NCBI GenBank assembly: GCA_046538795.1
Contig: JBKHIF010000029.1
Coordinates: 1 to 16,180 of the forward strand
Length of the DNA: 16,180 nt
From: Candidatus Woesearchaeota archaeon
GTDB taxonomy: Archaea > Nanobdellota > Nanobdellia > Woesearchaeales > CAZJJJ01
Direction: 5' to 3'
Shown: in pieces, positions 1 to 9,296 of the stretch
How positions within the stretch are numbered: the stretch's first letter is position 1
Layout of the letters: each line of letters starts with the position of its first letter
Translations under genes and position numbers: made by a program
The notes under the pieces: generated by a model
Database searches by the model: none
The model's input: only the letters and a program-made list of their open reading frames with translations
Told to the model about the DNA's origin: nothing

Positions 1-27
1 TGAAATAGATCATTTTGTGAAGATTTT

Positions 28-498
28 TTAGCAAAACCCTATATTATCGCTTGCGATTGTCTTTTCTGTGCATGTGACTATGTTATTTTCTGTAATGAAA
101 ACAGGAGTAAGTTCAATTAGCCTGGTAGTTCCCTGTTTTATCATGGATACAGTCTGGGTTTCCCCCGGAAGAAGAGTTATATTCTTTTTCTTGGACTGGA
201 TATTTTCAAGATATATGTCATATACATTAAGTGAGATTTGGTCGATCTTAAAGTCGTTTCTGTTTGTTATGTTTATCACAAGCATAAGCTCATCCTGGCA
301 GACAGAATCAATGCTTAAACCTACATATGAGCATTCAGAAGTATCTGCAATCTCCTGAAGGTTGTTCACATTTGTTTTCACGAAAGAATCTGACCAGGCC
401 TGGATTATGACTCCCAAAACAACCATGAAAGCAAGTATAAGGACCCATGAGATCCACATCGCAGCTGCCTTCTTGTCCTGTATTAAAAGATGTCTCAT
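28..498 (-). CDS. Archaeal type IV pilin-like protein (class III signal peptide)
   Basis: N-terminus DKKA|AAMWISWVLILAFMVVLGVIIQAW is a short basic leader followed by a hydrophobic helix. The beta-rich domain has paired Cys (ECSYVGLSIDSVC ... TC ... FC) and an INITNR motif, as in DPANN pilin-like proteins. A TATA-like box lies upstream. Confidence 0.75.
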   Translation of the reverse strand: MRHLLIQDKKAAAMWISWVLILAFMVVLGVIIQAWSDSFVKTNVNNLQEIADTSECSYVGLSIDSVCQDELMLVINITNRNDFKIDQISLNVYDIYLENIQSKKKNITLLPGETQTVSMIKQGTTRLIELTPVFITENNIVTCTEKTIASDNIGFC

Positions 499-528
499 TT
501 TATCTGATACTTATTTACAGGAAAGAGC

Positions 529-536
529 TATATAAG
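529..536 (-). promoter_or_regulatory. Putative TATA box (CTTATATA) for the 28..498 pilin gene
   Basis: The minus strand reads aaagCTTATATAgc about 31-38 nt upstream of the ATG at 498. This is slightly farther than the other boxes in the window. Confidence 0.45.
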
Positions 537-567
537 CTTTTTGCCTGAACCTGTCAAAAAATAGATT

Positions 568-1071
568 TCACTTCAGTATGCCTGTCCTGAAATACATCTT
601 AAGCTGAGAAGACTCGTTGGTGAAATAAAGCCTGTTTTCATATCCGTCTATGGTTACATCAAGCATATCATATTTTGGCATTATTATCTCGCTTGATGAA
701 TTAAGTTCATATGTTTCACCAGATGCCTCAACAAGTATGTCAGAATCCAAAAGATTATTCGCATAGATATTATCTTCCAAAACAAGAAAATAAAGCATCC
801 TGAAATCTACATTCCTGGAAATAGAATAATTCTGATAAAACCCAATGAAATCTTTAAGCCGTTCGTTAGGAGACTCTCCACTATAAAGCGCACTGTTAAC
901 AACAAATCCTGATTCCTCAACAAAATTATTCTGAAGCTTGTCAAATACTACCTTATAACCCCGCGCACCAAAGTTGCCAAGTATCAGTGTAAGTGCAAGA
1001 GAGCAGAAGATAACTGCCACAAATATGTAAAACTGGGCCTTTTTGTTATGAAATAGCTTTTTTATTTCCAT
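568..1071 (-). CDS. Pilin-like/minor pilin protein with class III signal peptide
   Basis: NKKA|QFYIFVAVIFCSLALTLILG matches the archaeal K-K-[GA]|Q prepilin cleavage motif followed by a hydrophobic helix. An SD-like GAGGT lies about 5 nt upstream of the ATG (minus strand cctgaggtatatcATG). Confidence 0.75.
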   Translation of the reverse strand: MEIKKLFHNKKAQFYIFVAVIFCSLALTLILGNFGARGYKVVFDKLQNNFVEESGFVVNSALYSGESPNERLKDFIGFYQNYSISRNVDFRMLYFLVLEDNIYANNLLDSDILVEASGETYELNSSSEIIMPKYDMLDVTIDGYENRLYFTNESSQLKMYFRTGILK

Positions 1072-1101
1072 GATATACCTCAGGCTAAAAGTTTAATGGA
1101 A

Positions 1102-4008
1102 TCATCCCATGGACACTGAAACATTAATCTTATTTTCATGAGTAACACCATTATTTACTATCTTAAAAGAGTGTTTTCCGCCTGGAGAATAATCTTCTCC
1201 TGCGATTATTATTCCACTGTACCTTAAGATGATGTTGCTTGTGTATTTACTTCCAAAGCCGCTTCCGAAAGTAGGATTGATCTTATCGAGGAATTTTTTC
1301 CTGTCAAGCTCTTTTTCAACATCATCAAAATCAGAATAATCCGGACTGGTAAAAAAAATGTATGCATAACCCTGATAAGCATCAGCGTTCAGTTCAAGGG
1401 TTTCTGTAGTTCCGTTAATCCTAAAATCAGAAACATCAGTCGCAAGGCCTAATGAAAAGTCATCTGTCGAATAATAAGTTATTCTTGTAAGCTGATTTTT
1501 AGTGTCGTTGATTCCTGCAATGATCGTAAGATAAAGCGGCTTTGAAGTAATTGTTACAGGATCACTTGTAAGACTATCAAATTCAAGCTCCAAAGCAACC
1601 TGAGAATCATCTATATCAGGCATTATGAAACTAAGCTCATAATTTCCTGAACCTTTGTCTATTATAGCAAAATCAGGTAATTTCCTATCATCTATAGTTA
1701 CAGTGAAATCAGCAGGAAGCGCACTGCTTAATCCAGATGATCCGCTCATCAGGGTAAAATTAAGTGTTTTTCTTTCTCCTTCAAAAGATTCAATCTCAGA
1801 AGATGCAAACTGCAAAGAAGAAGCATCAAGATCAGCATTAACCTCAAAAGAGATTGTAGTAGTGTTGGAATTGCCTGAAGAATCCCTGCATTCAATCACA
1901 TATGAATAGCTTCCTGGATCAAGATCAAGTTTTTGCTCATGCATTATGCTTCCTGTAAAAAAGAAATCCTGATATCCTGAGTCTGCGCTGTTGTTCCGAT
2001 ATTTGCAGTATGCAGTCTCATCAGTCCTAAGCCTTAAAAATATGTCTTCTCTTATCGCATAATCTCTGGGCGTTATGTAGATTATCCTTGGAGGAGAATA
2101 ATCAAATTCTTTTCCAAGCTGATCTGAAAAAAGACTCCACAACCCGGCATTATTCTTTGCTCTCACTCTTGCATAATATGTTGTCTTGTTTGAACTTGAA
2201 TATGTAGAATAAAGATTTGTTGTCGTAGAATTAACAACAAGATCAGTAAAATTGCTGTTTCTTGAAACCTGGATATGATATAATTCAATGCCTGAAACAG
2301 TATCTGAAGATGCGCTCCATTCAAAACGTATAGAACCTGTCGCATTTACCTCAGGATTTGATAGTATTGGTATTGATGGAGGAGTCTGGTCAATCATCGC
2401 AGTATAATTATAAATCCCGGTCCATGTCGATGCTCCGGATTTTGCCTTGATCCTGAAAGTGTATATTCCATCTTCCAAGGAGGTAAACACTGCTGATCCA
2501 GGATTATCGTTTGTTTCAATAATAGTATCAGGAAGAAGAGATGTTGAATGAGACATCACATAACTGAAACCTGCAATCCCGGATTCAGGATCATGAGATG
2601 AAAAATTAAATGTTATTGTATCTGCACCTGTCCAGTTGCCAAGAGGCGCATTGCTCGAAAAATTATATATCTCTGAAGGTGGAGTCAGGTCTATAGTGAT
2701 CCCGTCTGAATATGACTCAGATGATATTGTTCCTGAGTATGTCTTAACTCCTATATAATATGTAATTCCGCTTTGAAGCGAAAGCCCTGTCACTGTAAGG
2801 TCCTTTTTCTCAGTATATATCCAATTGGTTATGTTCGTAGTATCATCTTTTGCAGATGAATTGTATATTCTTAAGCGGTAGCTTGCTTCTGAATCATCTA
2901 CCCCTGCTGAATGATACCATGAAGCATGAAGCTTGTCTGAAAATCCCCAGTAGTCTCCATCATCGACAACAGAAGGTGAAGATATAGTAAGCATGTTAAG
3001 TCTTATAGTGTCATTAACTATCCTTGAATTTCCTGCTTTGTCTATGACCTGATAAAAAACAGTCTTGTCTTCATTAAGCGCTTCAAGAAGCCATGTCCTT
3101 GTCTTTTGGCAAGGCTCAATCTCTCTTGATGAGAGCATGCTTAAATTGTTTGCATATTTGCATCCAAAAACAGCATCATCATCAGAATACGTAAGATGAA
3201 GTACGACAGATCTTGAATCAGTTTCAGTGGTATTGTCATTTCGATTTGCATCAGAAATATATATCTCAGCAGAAGGAAGCGTATTATCAAGCTGTATGAT
3301 CTTTGCCACAGTCCATGAATTTCCCTTATTATCATCTACTGTGGCATTGAGTATTTCTGAAGATGTACCTGCCCTGTCTGCATCAACTATCGCAGTATAT
3401 ATTCCGTCTCCAGAAGCAACATCGCCATTTGTACCATCATCCCTCATAACCATGCTGTTCTCTCCTGAAGCGATACCGCTTGCATCTAATGATACAGAAT
3501 AACCTGGAAAAGAACTCAAATAGGTTACAAGCAATGATGATCCCTGCCTTACTGAACTTGCATTAGTGCTAAGGCTTCCTGTCGCAAAAGGCTCAACACC
3601 AGAGTATATATCATCTATACTAAAAGGCCCATAGTATGTATATCCTCCATATTTAATCTGTCCAGATACAAGCATGTCTCCTTCAATCTCTGCAAAATTT
3701 GCTTCAATGTCAAAAAGGTCTGAATTTCTGGCAGTTGTATAGAAAAGAATTGAATTTGTGACATTAGAACATTCTACCATAGAATGATTTACGATAGAAT
3801 CATTAAGGTTTGTCTCTTTGCCGCCTGAACAATTATAAAGCGTAGAATCTGAGACAACACTATTTACTAAAGCCCCTTCTGAAAATGATGAAAACAACGA
3901 AAGAACTGAAACAAATAATAAAATAAATACTGCGGGCGCTAAAATAGCTTTTATAAAGCCATTCAAGTAAAATTCTTTTTTTCCAATGTGATTTTTATTC
4001 ATCTGCAT
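1102..4008 (-). CDS. Large secreted/surface protein (968 aa) with choice-of-anchor-X-like motif and Ig/fibronectin type III-like domains
   Basis: Long N-terminal hydrophobic segment. MRDDGTNGDVASGDGIYT motif. Repeated D-x-T-[PL]-P linkers and FN3-type strands (WSASSDTVSGIELYHIQ; YYARVRAKNNAGLWS). Ser/Thr/Asn-rich with many N-x-S/T sequons. Confidence 0.8.
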   Translation of the reverse strand: MQMNKNHIGKKEFYLNGFIKAILAPAVFILLFVSVLSLFSSFSEGALVNSVVSDSTLYNCSGGKETNLNDSIVNHSMVECSNVTNSILFYTTARNSDLFDIEANFAEIEGDMLVSGQIKYGGYTYYGPFSIDDIYSGVEPFATGSLSTNASSVRQGSSLLVTYLSSFPGYSVSLDASGIASGENSMVMRDDGTNGDVASGDGIYTAIVDADRAGTSSEILNATVDDNKGNSWTVAKIIQLDNTLPSAEIYISDANRNDNTTETDSRSVVLHLTYSDDDAVFGCKYANNLSMLSSREIEPCQKTRTWLLEALNEDKTVFYQVIDKAGNSRIVNDTIRLNMLTISSPSVVDDGDYWGFSDKLHASWYHSAGVDDSEASYRLRIYNSSAKDDTTNITNWIYTEKKDLTVTGLSLQSGITYYIGVKTYSGTISSESYSDGITIDLTPPSEIYNFSSNAPLGNWTGADTITFNFSSHDPESGIAGFSYVMSHSTSLLPDTIIETNDNPGSAVFTSLEDGIYTFRIKAKSGASTWTGIYNYTAMIDQTPPSIPILSNPEVNATGSIRFEWSASSDTVSGIELYHIQVSRNSNFTDLVVNSTTTNLYSTYSSSNKTTYYARVRAKNNAGLWSLFSDQLGKEFDYSPPRIIYITPRDYAIREDIFLRLRTDETAYCKYRNNSADSGYQDFFFTGSIMHEQKLDLDPGSYSYVIECRDSSGNSNTTTISFEVNADLDASSLQFASSEIESFEGERKTLNFTLMSGSSGLSSALPADFTVTIDDRKLPDFAIIDKGSGNYELSFIMPDIDDSQVALELEFDSLTSDPVTITSKPLYLTIIAGINDTKNQLTRITYYSTDDFSLGLATDVSDFRINGTTETLELNADAYQGYAYIFFTSPDYSDFDDVEKELDRKKFLDKINPTFGSGFGSKYTSNIILRYSGIIIAGEDYSPGGKHSFKIVNNGVTHENKINVSVSMG

Positions 4009-4049
4009 TCTTTTTGCTTTCCATGTTTTTTAAATTTATGATAATGCAG

Positions 4050-7000
4050 CTATTCAATCCACTGCGAATTTTTCCCTGAAACAGTGCTTTGTTCACTAAG
4101 AGATATCCTTACGACAGGGTTTCCAAAAGAATCCTCCCCATTATTGAGAATCTCAAGGATATATGTGCCTGACCTGATATCATCAAGGCCATCTCCTTCT
4201 ATTATTATATCATCATATACAAGAGAAGAGTATATAGTGTATTTCTTATTTCCAGATTCATGCGCATAGTCTATATCAGGAGAAGAAAGGTACGGATAGA
4301 TTATCGATGTGTATGAAGGATCACTGCACGGCAAAAAGCCTTGTTCTGAGTTGCAATAGATTTCACTTTCAAGTTTTTTTAATGTGAAAGATGCCTGCGA
4401 TGATAAACCAAAATCACTTCCTGAGATTGTCAGGGCAAGGCTCTTGTTATCTTCATCCTGCGAAAGCTCAGGCATCTCAACTGCCAAAACATAGTTTCCA
4501 AGCCCAAAATCATATAGAGCAACCTCTTCAGAAGAGATCTCTTGTTCTCCTACTGAAGATGCCAAGCCTGAAAGATCAAATCCTTCTATAGGAATCAAGC
4601 CAGATTTTATGGTAAAATTAAACTTGCCTATAAGCCCTTCATAAAATACGCCTCCATCTCCTGAAGTAATCTCAATACTATCTGGAGTAAGAGATGTATC
4701 AAGGCTGAAATTAGTAAGGCTTGTATTTTCATTTCCCGCAGCGTCTTTACAGGAAATGTTCAGTTCAAAAGATCTTATGCTTTCATTAAGATTAAGCTTG
4801 TGATCATGTATCCTTGCACCTGTATGATCCATCAAAGAATAGGGATCTATGCCTGATGAATCCATAAAACTGCACACAGAATCTTCTGATGTTTTAAGAG
4901 AAAGATATGTTCTTTTATTTATTGTCGTCCCTCTGGGCTTTATGATCTCTATTTTAGGAGGAATAACATCTATATCTCCTTTAAGCGTATCTGAATATAA
5001 ACTCCACAATCCAACAGTATTTCGTGCCCTAACCCTTACATAATATTTTTTATCAGAAGGTGCAGAAAACAGATATGAACTTACATTTCCGATTGTTGAA
5101 TTAACTACAAGATCATCAAAATCCCTTGATTCAGAAATCTGTATGTGATATGCATCTATTCCTGAGATATCATGAGACGGTGTCCATGATATTGAAAAGT
5201 TGGTCTTATTTGAAGAAGAAAGCACATATTCATCAACAGCAATCTGGGGTATCTTTGGCAAAGTCCTGTCAATTTTCAGGGTAAAATTGCTTATTGCGCC
5301 AGAGTTTCCTGCTTTGTCAAGAGCCTTCACACGAAAATAATATGTTCCATCGCCTATATTAGATATATTGACAGTATCATAACCTGTTTTTGTGTCAGGA
5401 AAATCATCAGGCATGGTATTTTTCAGCCTGTCTATGGTATAGCTGTATGAACTTATGCCTGACAAGGCATCGTTTGCTGAAAGGTTGAATTCTATAAGGC
5501 TCTCACTTGTCCATGTATTTTCCTGAATAGATGAAGATATAGTGGTAAGCGAAGGATCACTCAGGTCAACAGTTATTCCATCAGAAGAAGACATCTCACT
5601 CAGAAGGCCTGCTGCATCTTTTGCCCACACATCAAGTCTGTAGGTTGATCCTTCAATAAGGTTAAGTCCGCTTATAGATGCTTTAGTCAGAAGAGTATCA
5701 TTCACTGAAAAGATATATGAAGTACCATTCCAGAGCTTGTAATTATATGAAAGAGGAAGGTAAAGAAGACTGTTCTCTTCGTCAGATGCGTTATACCATT
5801 CAAATTCAAGAGATTCGTCTGAGTTGATATAATCCCCATCATCCAAAACAACAGGAGGAAGAGGCGGATTGGAATCAGAAAGCACGCTCTGATTAAGAAA
5901 TATGGTTCCTGAAGATACCTTCATGTTCCCAGATTCATCCACAACCTGAAAATAGACAGTTTTCACACCATCACCTGAAGATAATGTCCATATTTTCTCA
6001 GTAATACAATCCTCAAAATCTTCTTCTGCAAGCCTTGATTCAAGATCGTTTGCGATCCTGCATTTGTCAACCTTAAAATTATCTGAAAAATCCATCCTGA
6101 GAACGACATTTGCAGAATATGTCTGCGGTTCTTCATTTATGAGATTATATACTTCAATAGAGGCCAAAGGAAGAGTATTATCTACAAAAATATTCTTGTT
6201 TACAGACCATGTATCTGTTCCTGATTCAACATTTGCAGTAATCTCTTTATATCCTGTCGATAGATCATCTACATTAACTATCCTTGTATATATGCCATCT
6301 CCTGAAACCTCATCACCATTTGTCCCATCATCATGCATGAAAAGAGCCGGACCTGAACCTATAGCCGAAGCATCAAGAGTCACTTCATAACCAGGTTCAA
6401 GGCTTGCATACATGACCTTTAGAGATGAAGAGTCCTTAACAGAAGTTGCATTGAACATCAGATAACCTGTAACAGAAGATGAACCCTGAGAACATATTGT
6501 CTCAACAGTCGTAAGAGAATAATATGTATTGCCCAGATAGATGACTCTTCCGGATATTAGGACATTATCATAGATGTCTGCATCTCGAACTATCATTCCC
6601 GGGCAAAGTGCTGAGTTTGCTATTCGTGAATTTATTATATATGAATCATTCATGAAAGAATTTTCTAAAGAAGAATCATTGACAGAGCATCCACGAATCT
6701 CTGAATCCCTTATTGTTGACTGATTTACAAAAGAATTATTGGAAAAAGAAGATTCCATTGAGGATTCATAAGAAAAGCTATCCCATACATCAGAATTTGT
6801 CATATCAGTATTCTGGCAGTCTCCGCCTCTTATTATGGTTGCAGTAAAAGTGCATGAACCAGTATATGGAGAGCAGGAAAATCCTCCGTCATTCCAGCAC
6901 TTGCCGTCCCATGTATTATCTCCATCAACAGAACAATCATAAAATGCATATGACGCAGAGCAGGGAGAACATGCGTTTCCTCCATCATCAAATTCAGAAT

Positions 7001-9206
7001 TGCCATTTATATCAATATATGTTGTAGTGCAGCATGAACCAGAAACGCAATGACCTGAAGATATGAATGTATTTATGCTTGCAGAAGTATTGCACATGCT
7101 TCCATCAGAACAGGAATTGCAGGAATTCTTGAAATAATCATTATCTCCCCTGTCTGCACATATGTCTCCTGTTGTATGGCATACTCCGGGATATATGCAG
7201 ATACCATCTGCGTCATAATTGCCTCCTGTCGCAGAACTTGAATCACATGAGTCTCCTGATTCAGAAGTTGCCTCTGAATAAGAGCATTTTGAGCATGAAT
7301 CCCTGAATTCTGAACCATCAAAACAACTTTCGCCTGAAGTATCACATCCATCTCTTGTACAGATTCCTTCCTGCACGAAATCTCCAGATGTCAATGTATT
7401 TGAACACATGTATCCGCTTGTGAAATCACACGTAGGGTTGCAATCATTTCCTGCACCGCCTGGACATTCAATAGGTGCTAAAGTATCGCATACATCTCCT
7501 GCTCCCAGACCTTCCTGATTGAACTTGTTGTTCCCTACAGCCCCATTTTCACATCTTCTTCCATCTGTTGAAAAGCCGATTTCATCATTTGAGGTGCGAA
7601 ATAATGAGCCATCATAAAATATAGTATTGGAATCGCACAGCCATGAAGAACCATCATATGCGCATATGCCATCCCAGATGCCGTCAAGATCTGAATCACA
7701 CCTATGGTTATGGTATTCAAGAGCGCATGAGCCGCACGCTCCATTGTCATCAAACAAATTATTATCATTTATATCCACAAAATAATCAGTGCAGCAATTT
7801 CCTGATGTGCATAAACCATTTGCACTATATGATCCGTCGGTTATATCAGAATCACACAGGTCTCCTGAAGAGCAAGACGAACAGTCATTTTGATATGAAG
7901 AACCATCAAAGCAGGCCTCACCTTCTGTATCTGGATTTGCACCTATGCAGATTCCGTTGAAATCTGTTGTTCCGCTTCCAAGTGAATTATATGGATCCCA
8001 GTCGCTTCCGCCATCACTGCATTCGCTGCAGGAATCTTTTATTATATTTGAATTTTCAGTATCTTTACATACTGGACCGGTTATACAGGAATCAACGACA
8101 TTGTCATTATCTGTGTCTCCGCATATTCCATCAGCCGACAATCCAGAAGAAAAATCTGTGGAAGCTGAATCGCATAATTCAGAATTGTCTGAAGAGGTAC
8201 AGCCACAGGATTCATCACCATCTGAAAAATCAGGAACAAGAGATTCTCCTGAAGCAATGGTTCCCTGAGTACAGCATGTCGCAGCTATGCAGCGCCCATC
8301 TCCTGATAGGGCCTCTGTATAAATTGAAGCAGTGGAATCACAGATCTGTCCTTGCTCTGATAAGCTGCATCCGCAGGATTCATCACCATCTGAAAAATCT
8401 AAAGGGTTTTGATATTCTCCTGAAACAATTATAGATGACGAACAGCATGAACTATCTATGCATCTTCCATCAACTCCTGCACCTGAATCTGATGTATCGC
8501 ATAGGTTTTCAGGATTGTCATTGCATCCACAGATAATATTATCTCCAGAAAGCGTATTTCCTAAAACTGATGACCTGACAATACCCTCTTCGCAGTATGT
8601 CCCATCAATACACCACAAGTTGCTGTTTCCAGGACATATCTCATCATCTTCTGTTCCTATTATAGAAGCAGATGATACTCCGTCAAAACAGCAGCATCCT
8701 GTCCCTGGTGCATTGAAATTGTCAGAGAGATCATTGTCATCACCGCAGCAGCTTCCTCCAATGAAATTTCCAGGTCCTAAATAACAGTCGCAGTCATCCT
8801 GATCATTATCCCAGTCGATATCATATCCAGCTGCATCAGTATTTGTACTTTCAGTCCACTGGTATCCCTGACAGATTCCTGAATCAGAATCATCAGATGT
8901 CTGCGTCGCAGTGTAAGCACGAAACTGATAGTTCACCTGTCCTTCAACAGTGCATATCCAGGGAAGAGGGCTTGAGTCTGAACCTATGCTTACATTAGTT
9001 GATTCCTGGCTATCACCGTTTCCTGTATCTGTCCAGTCTCTTACGAGCGTTGTTCCTACCCAGACAGCATATTGCCAGTCTGTAGGCGCATCCTGCACAC
9101 AGGCAGCACAAACTGACTTAGAACTTAGGATTAATGAAAAAGATAAGACAAGAACTAACGCTACTGCTAATAAGAACTCAGATTTAAATCCCCTCTTTTT
9201 ATGCAT
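4050..9206 (-). CDS. Very large secreted adhesin-like protein (1718 aa): Cys/Asp-rich repeat N-terminal half, then choice-of-anchor-X-like and Ig/FN3-like domains
   Basis: Signal peptide MHKKRGFKSEFLLAVALVLVLSFSLILS. About 780 aa of Cys-rich repeats with DxDxDG-like motifs. MHDDGTNGDEVSGDGIYT motif and FN3-like WTPSHDISGIDAYHIQ / YYVRVRARNTVGLWS. The C-terminal half is colinear with the 968-aa neighbour. Confidence 0.85.
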   Translation of the reverse strand: MHKKRGFKSEFLLAVALVLVLSFSLILSSKSVCAACVQDAPTDWQYAVWVGTTLVRDWTDTGNGDSQESTNVSIGSDSSPLPWICTVEGQVNYQFRAYTATQTSDDSDSGICQGYQWTESTNTDAAGYDIDWDNDQDDCDCYLGPGNFIGGSCCGDDNDLSDNFNAPGTGCCCFDGVSSASIIGTEDDEICPGNSNLWCIDGTYCEEGIVRSSVLGNTLSGDNIICGCNDNPENLCDTSDSGAGVDGRCIDSSCCSSSIIVSGEYQNPLDFSDGDESCGCSLSEQGQICDSTASIYTEALSGDGRCIAATCCTQGTIASGESLVPDFSDGDESCGCTSSDNSELCDSASTDFSSGLSADGICGDTDNDNVVDSCITGPVCKDTENSNIIKDSCSECSDGGSDWDPYNSLGSGTTDFNGICIGANPDTEGEACFDGSSYQNDCSSCSSGDLCDSDITDGSYSANGLCTSGNCCTDYFVDINDNNLFDDNGACGSCALEYHNHRCDSDLDGIWDGICAYDGSSWLCDSNTIFYDGSLFRTSNDEIGFSTDGRRCENGAVGNNKFNQEGLGAGDVCDTLAPIECPGGAGNDCNPTCDFTSGYMCSNTLTSGDFVQEGICTRDGCDTSGESCFDGSEFRDSCSKCSYSEATSESGDSCDSSSATGGNYDADGICIYPGVCHTTGDICADRGDNDYFKNSCNSCSDGSMCNTSASINTFISSGHCVSGSCCTTTYIDINGNSEFDDGGNACSPCSASYAFYDCSVDGDNTWDGKCWNDGGFSCSPYTGSCTFTATIIRGGDCQNTDMTNSDVWDSFSYESSMESSFSNNSFVNQSTIRDSEIRGCSVNDSSLENSFMNDSYIINSRIANSALCPGMIVRDADIYDNVLISGRVIYLGNTYYSLTTVETICSQGSSSVTGYLMFNATSVKDSSSLKVMYASLEPGYEVTLDASAIGSGPALFMHDDGTNGDEVSGDGIYTRIVNVDDLSTGYKEITANVESGTDTWSVNKNIFVDNTLPLASIEVYNLINEEPQTYSANVVLRMDFSDNFKVDKCRIANDLESRLAEEDFEDCITEKIWTLSSGDGVKTVYFQVVDESGNMKVSSGTIFLNQSVLSDSNPPLPPVVLDDGDYINSDESLEFEWYNASDEENSLLYLPLSYNYKLWNGTSYIFSVNDTLLTKASISGLNLIEGSTYRLDVWAKDAAGLLSEMSSSDGITVDLSDPSLTTISSSIQENTWTSESLIEFNLSANDALSGISSYSYTIDRLKNTMPDDFPDTKTGYDTVNISNIGDGTYYFRVKALDKAGNSGAISNFTLKIDRTLPKIPQIAVDEYVLSSSNKTNFSISWTPSHDISGIDAYHIQISESRDFDDLVVNSTIGNVSSYLFSAPSDKKYYVRVRARNTVGLWSLYSDTLKGDIDVIPPKIEIIKPRGTTINKRTYLSLKTSEDSVCSFMDSSGIDPYSLMDHTGARIHDHKLNLNESIRSFELNISCKDAAGNENTSLTNFSLDTSLTPDSIEITSGDGGVFYEGLIGKFNFTIKSGLIPIEGFDLSGLASSVGEQEISSEEVALYDFGLGNYVLAVEMPELSQDEDNKSLALTISGSDFGLSSQASFTLKKLESEIYCNSEQGFLPCSDPSYTSIIYPYLSSPDIDYAHESGNKKYTIYSSLVYDDIIIEGDGLDDIRSGTYILEILNNGEDSFGNPVVRISLSEQSTVSGKNSQWIE
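8206..8399. repeat. Perfect 26-bp intragenic direct repeat (caggattcatcaccatctgaaaaatc) at 8206-8231 and 8374-8399
   Basis: Two identical copies 168 bp (56 codons) apart, lying within the duplicated peptide DFSDGDESCGC of the 1718-aa protein. Confidence 0.9.
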
Positions 9207-9229
9207 ATGAAAATTTTATAGAACCAGGA

Positions 9230-9237
9230 TATTTAAA
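9230..9237 (-). promoter_or_regulatory. Putative TATA box (TTTAAATA) for the surface-protein operon
   Basis: Archaeal TATA consensus 24-31 nt upstream of the ATG at 9206, consistent with a leaderless or near-leaderless transcript. Confidence 0.6.
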
Positions 9238-9296
9238 GATTGTGAAAGTCATCATATAATTTACAGAACAAAAATACTGGCAATGCTCTCGTTACT

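Noticed and set aside
3995..4024. Out-of-frame ATG at 4024 (MESKKNADE-stop) overlapping the start of the 968-aa gene, a possible frameshifted true start
   Set aside because: The in-frame ATGs at 4008 and 4002 already give a plausible basic leader plus hydrophobic segment, and there is no independent evidence for a frameshift.
8206..8399. 26-bp direct repeat as a CRISPR array or att/IS target site
   Set aside because: There are only two copies, 168 bp apart and in frame inside a CDS, with no cas, integrase or transposase nearby.
6860..9110. Cys-rich region as a multiheme cytochrome or polyferredoxin
   Set aside because: There are no CxxCH heme motifs and no CxxCxxCxxxCP ferredoxin patterns. 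The protein is secreted, so disulfides are more likely.
68..9210. Many plus-strand ORFs (for example 3227..3502, 6064..6390, 7945..8268, 7967..8434, 8458..8784) and off-frame minus-strand ORFs
   Set aside because: They are shadows of the long minus-strand CDSs, with no motifs or promoters. The similarity between 3227..3502 and 6064..6390 only mirrors the paralogous motif on the other strand.
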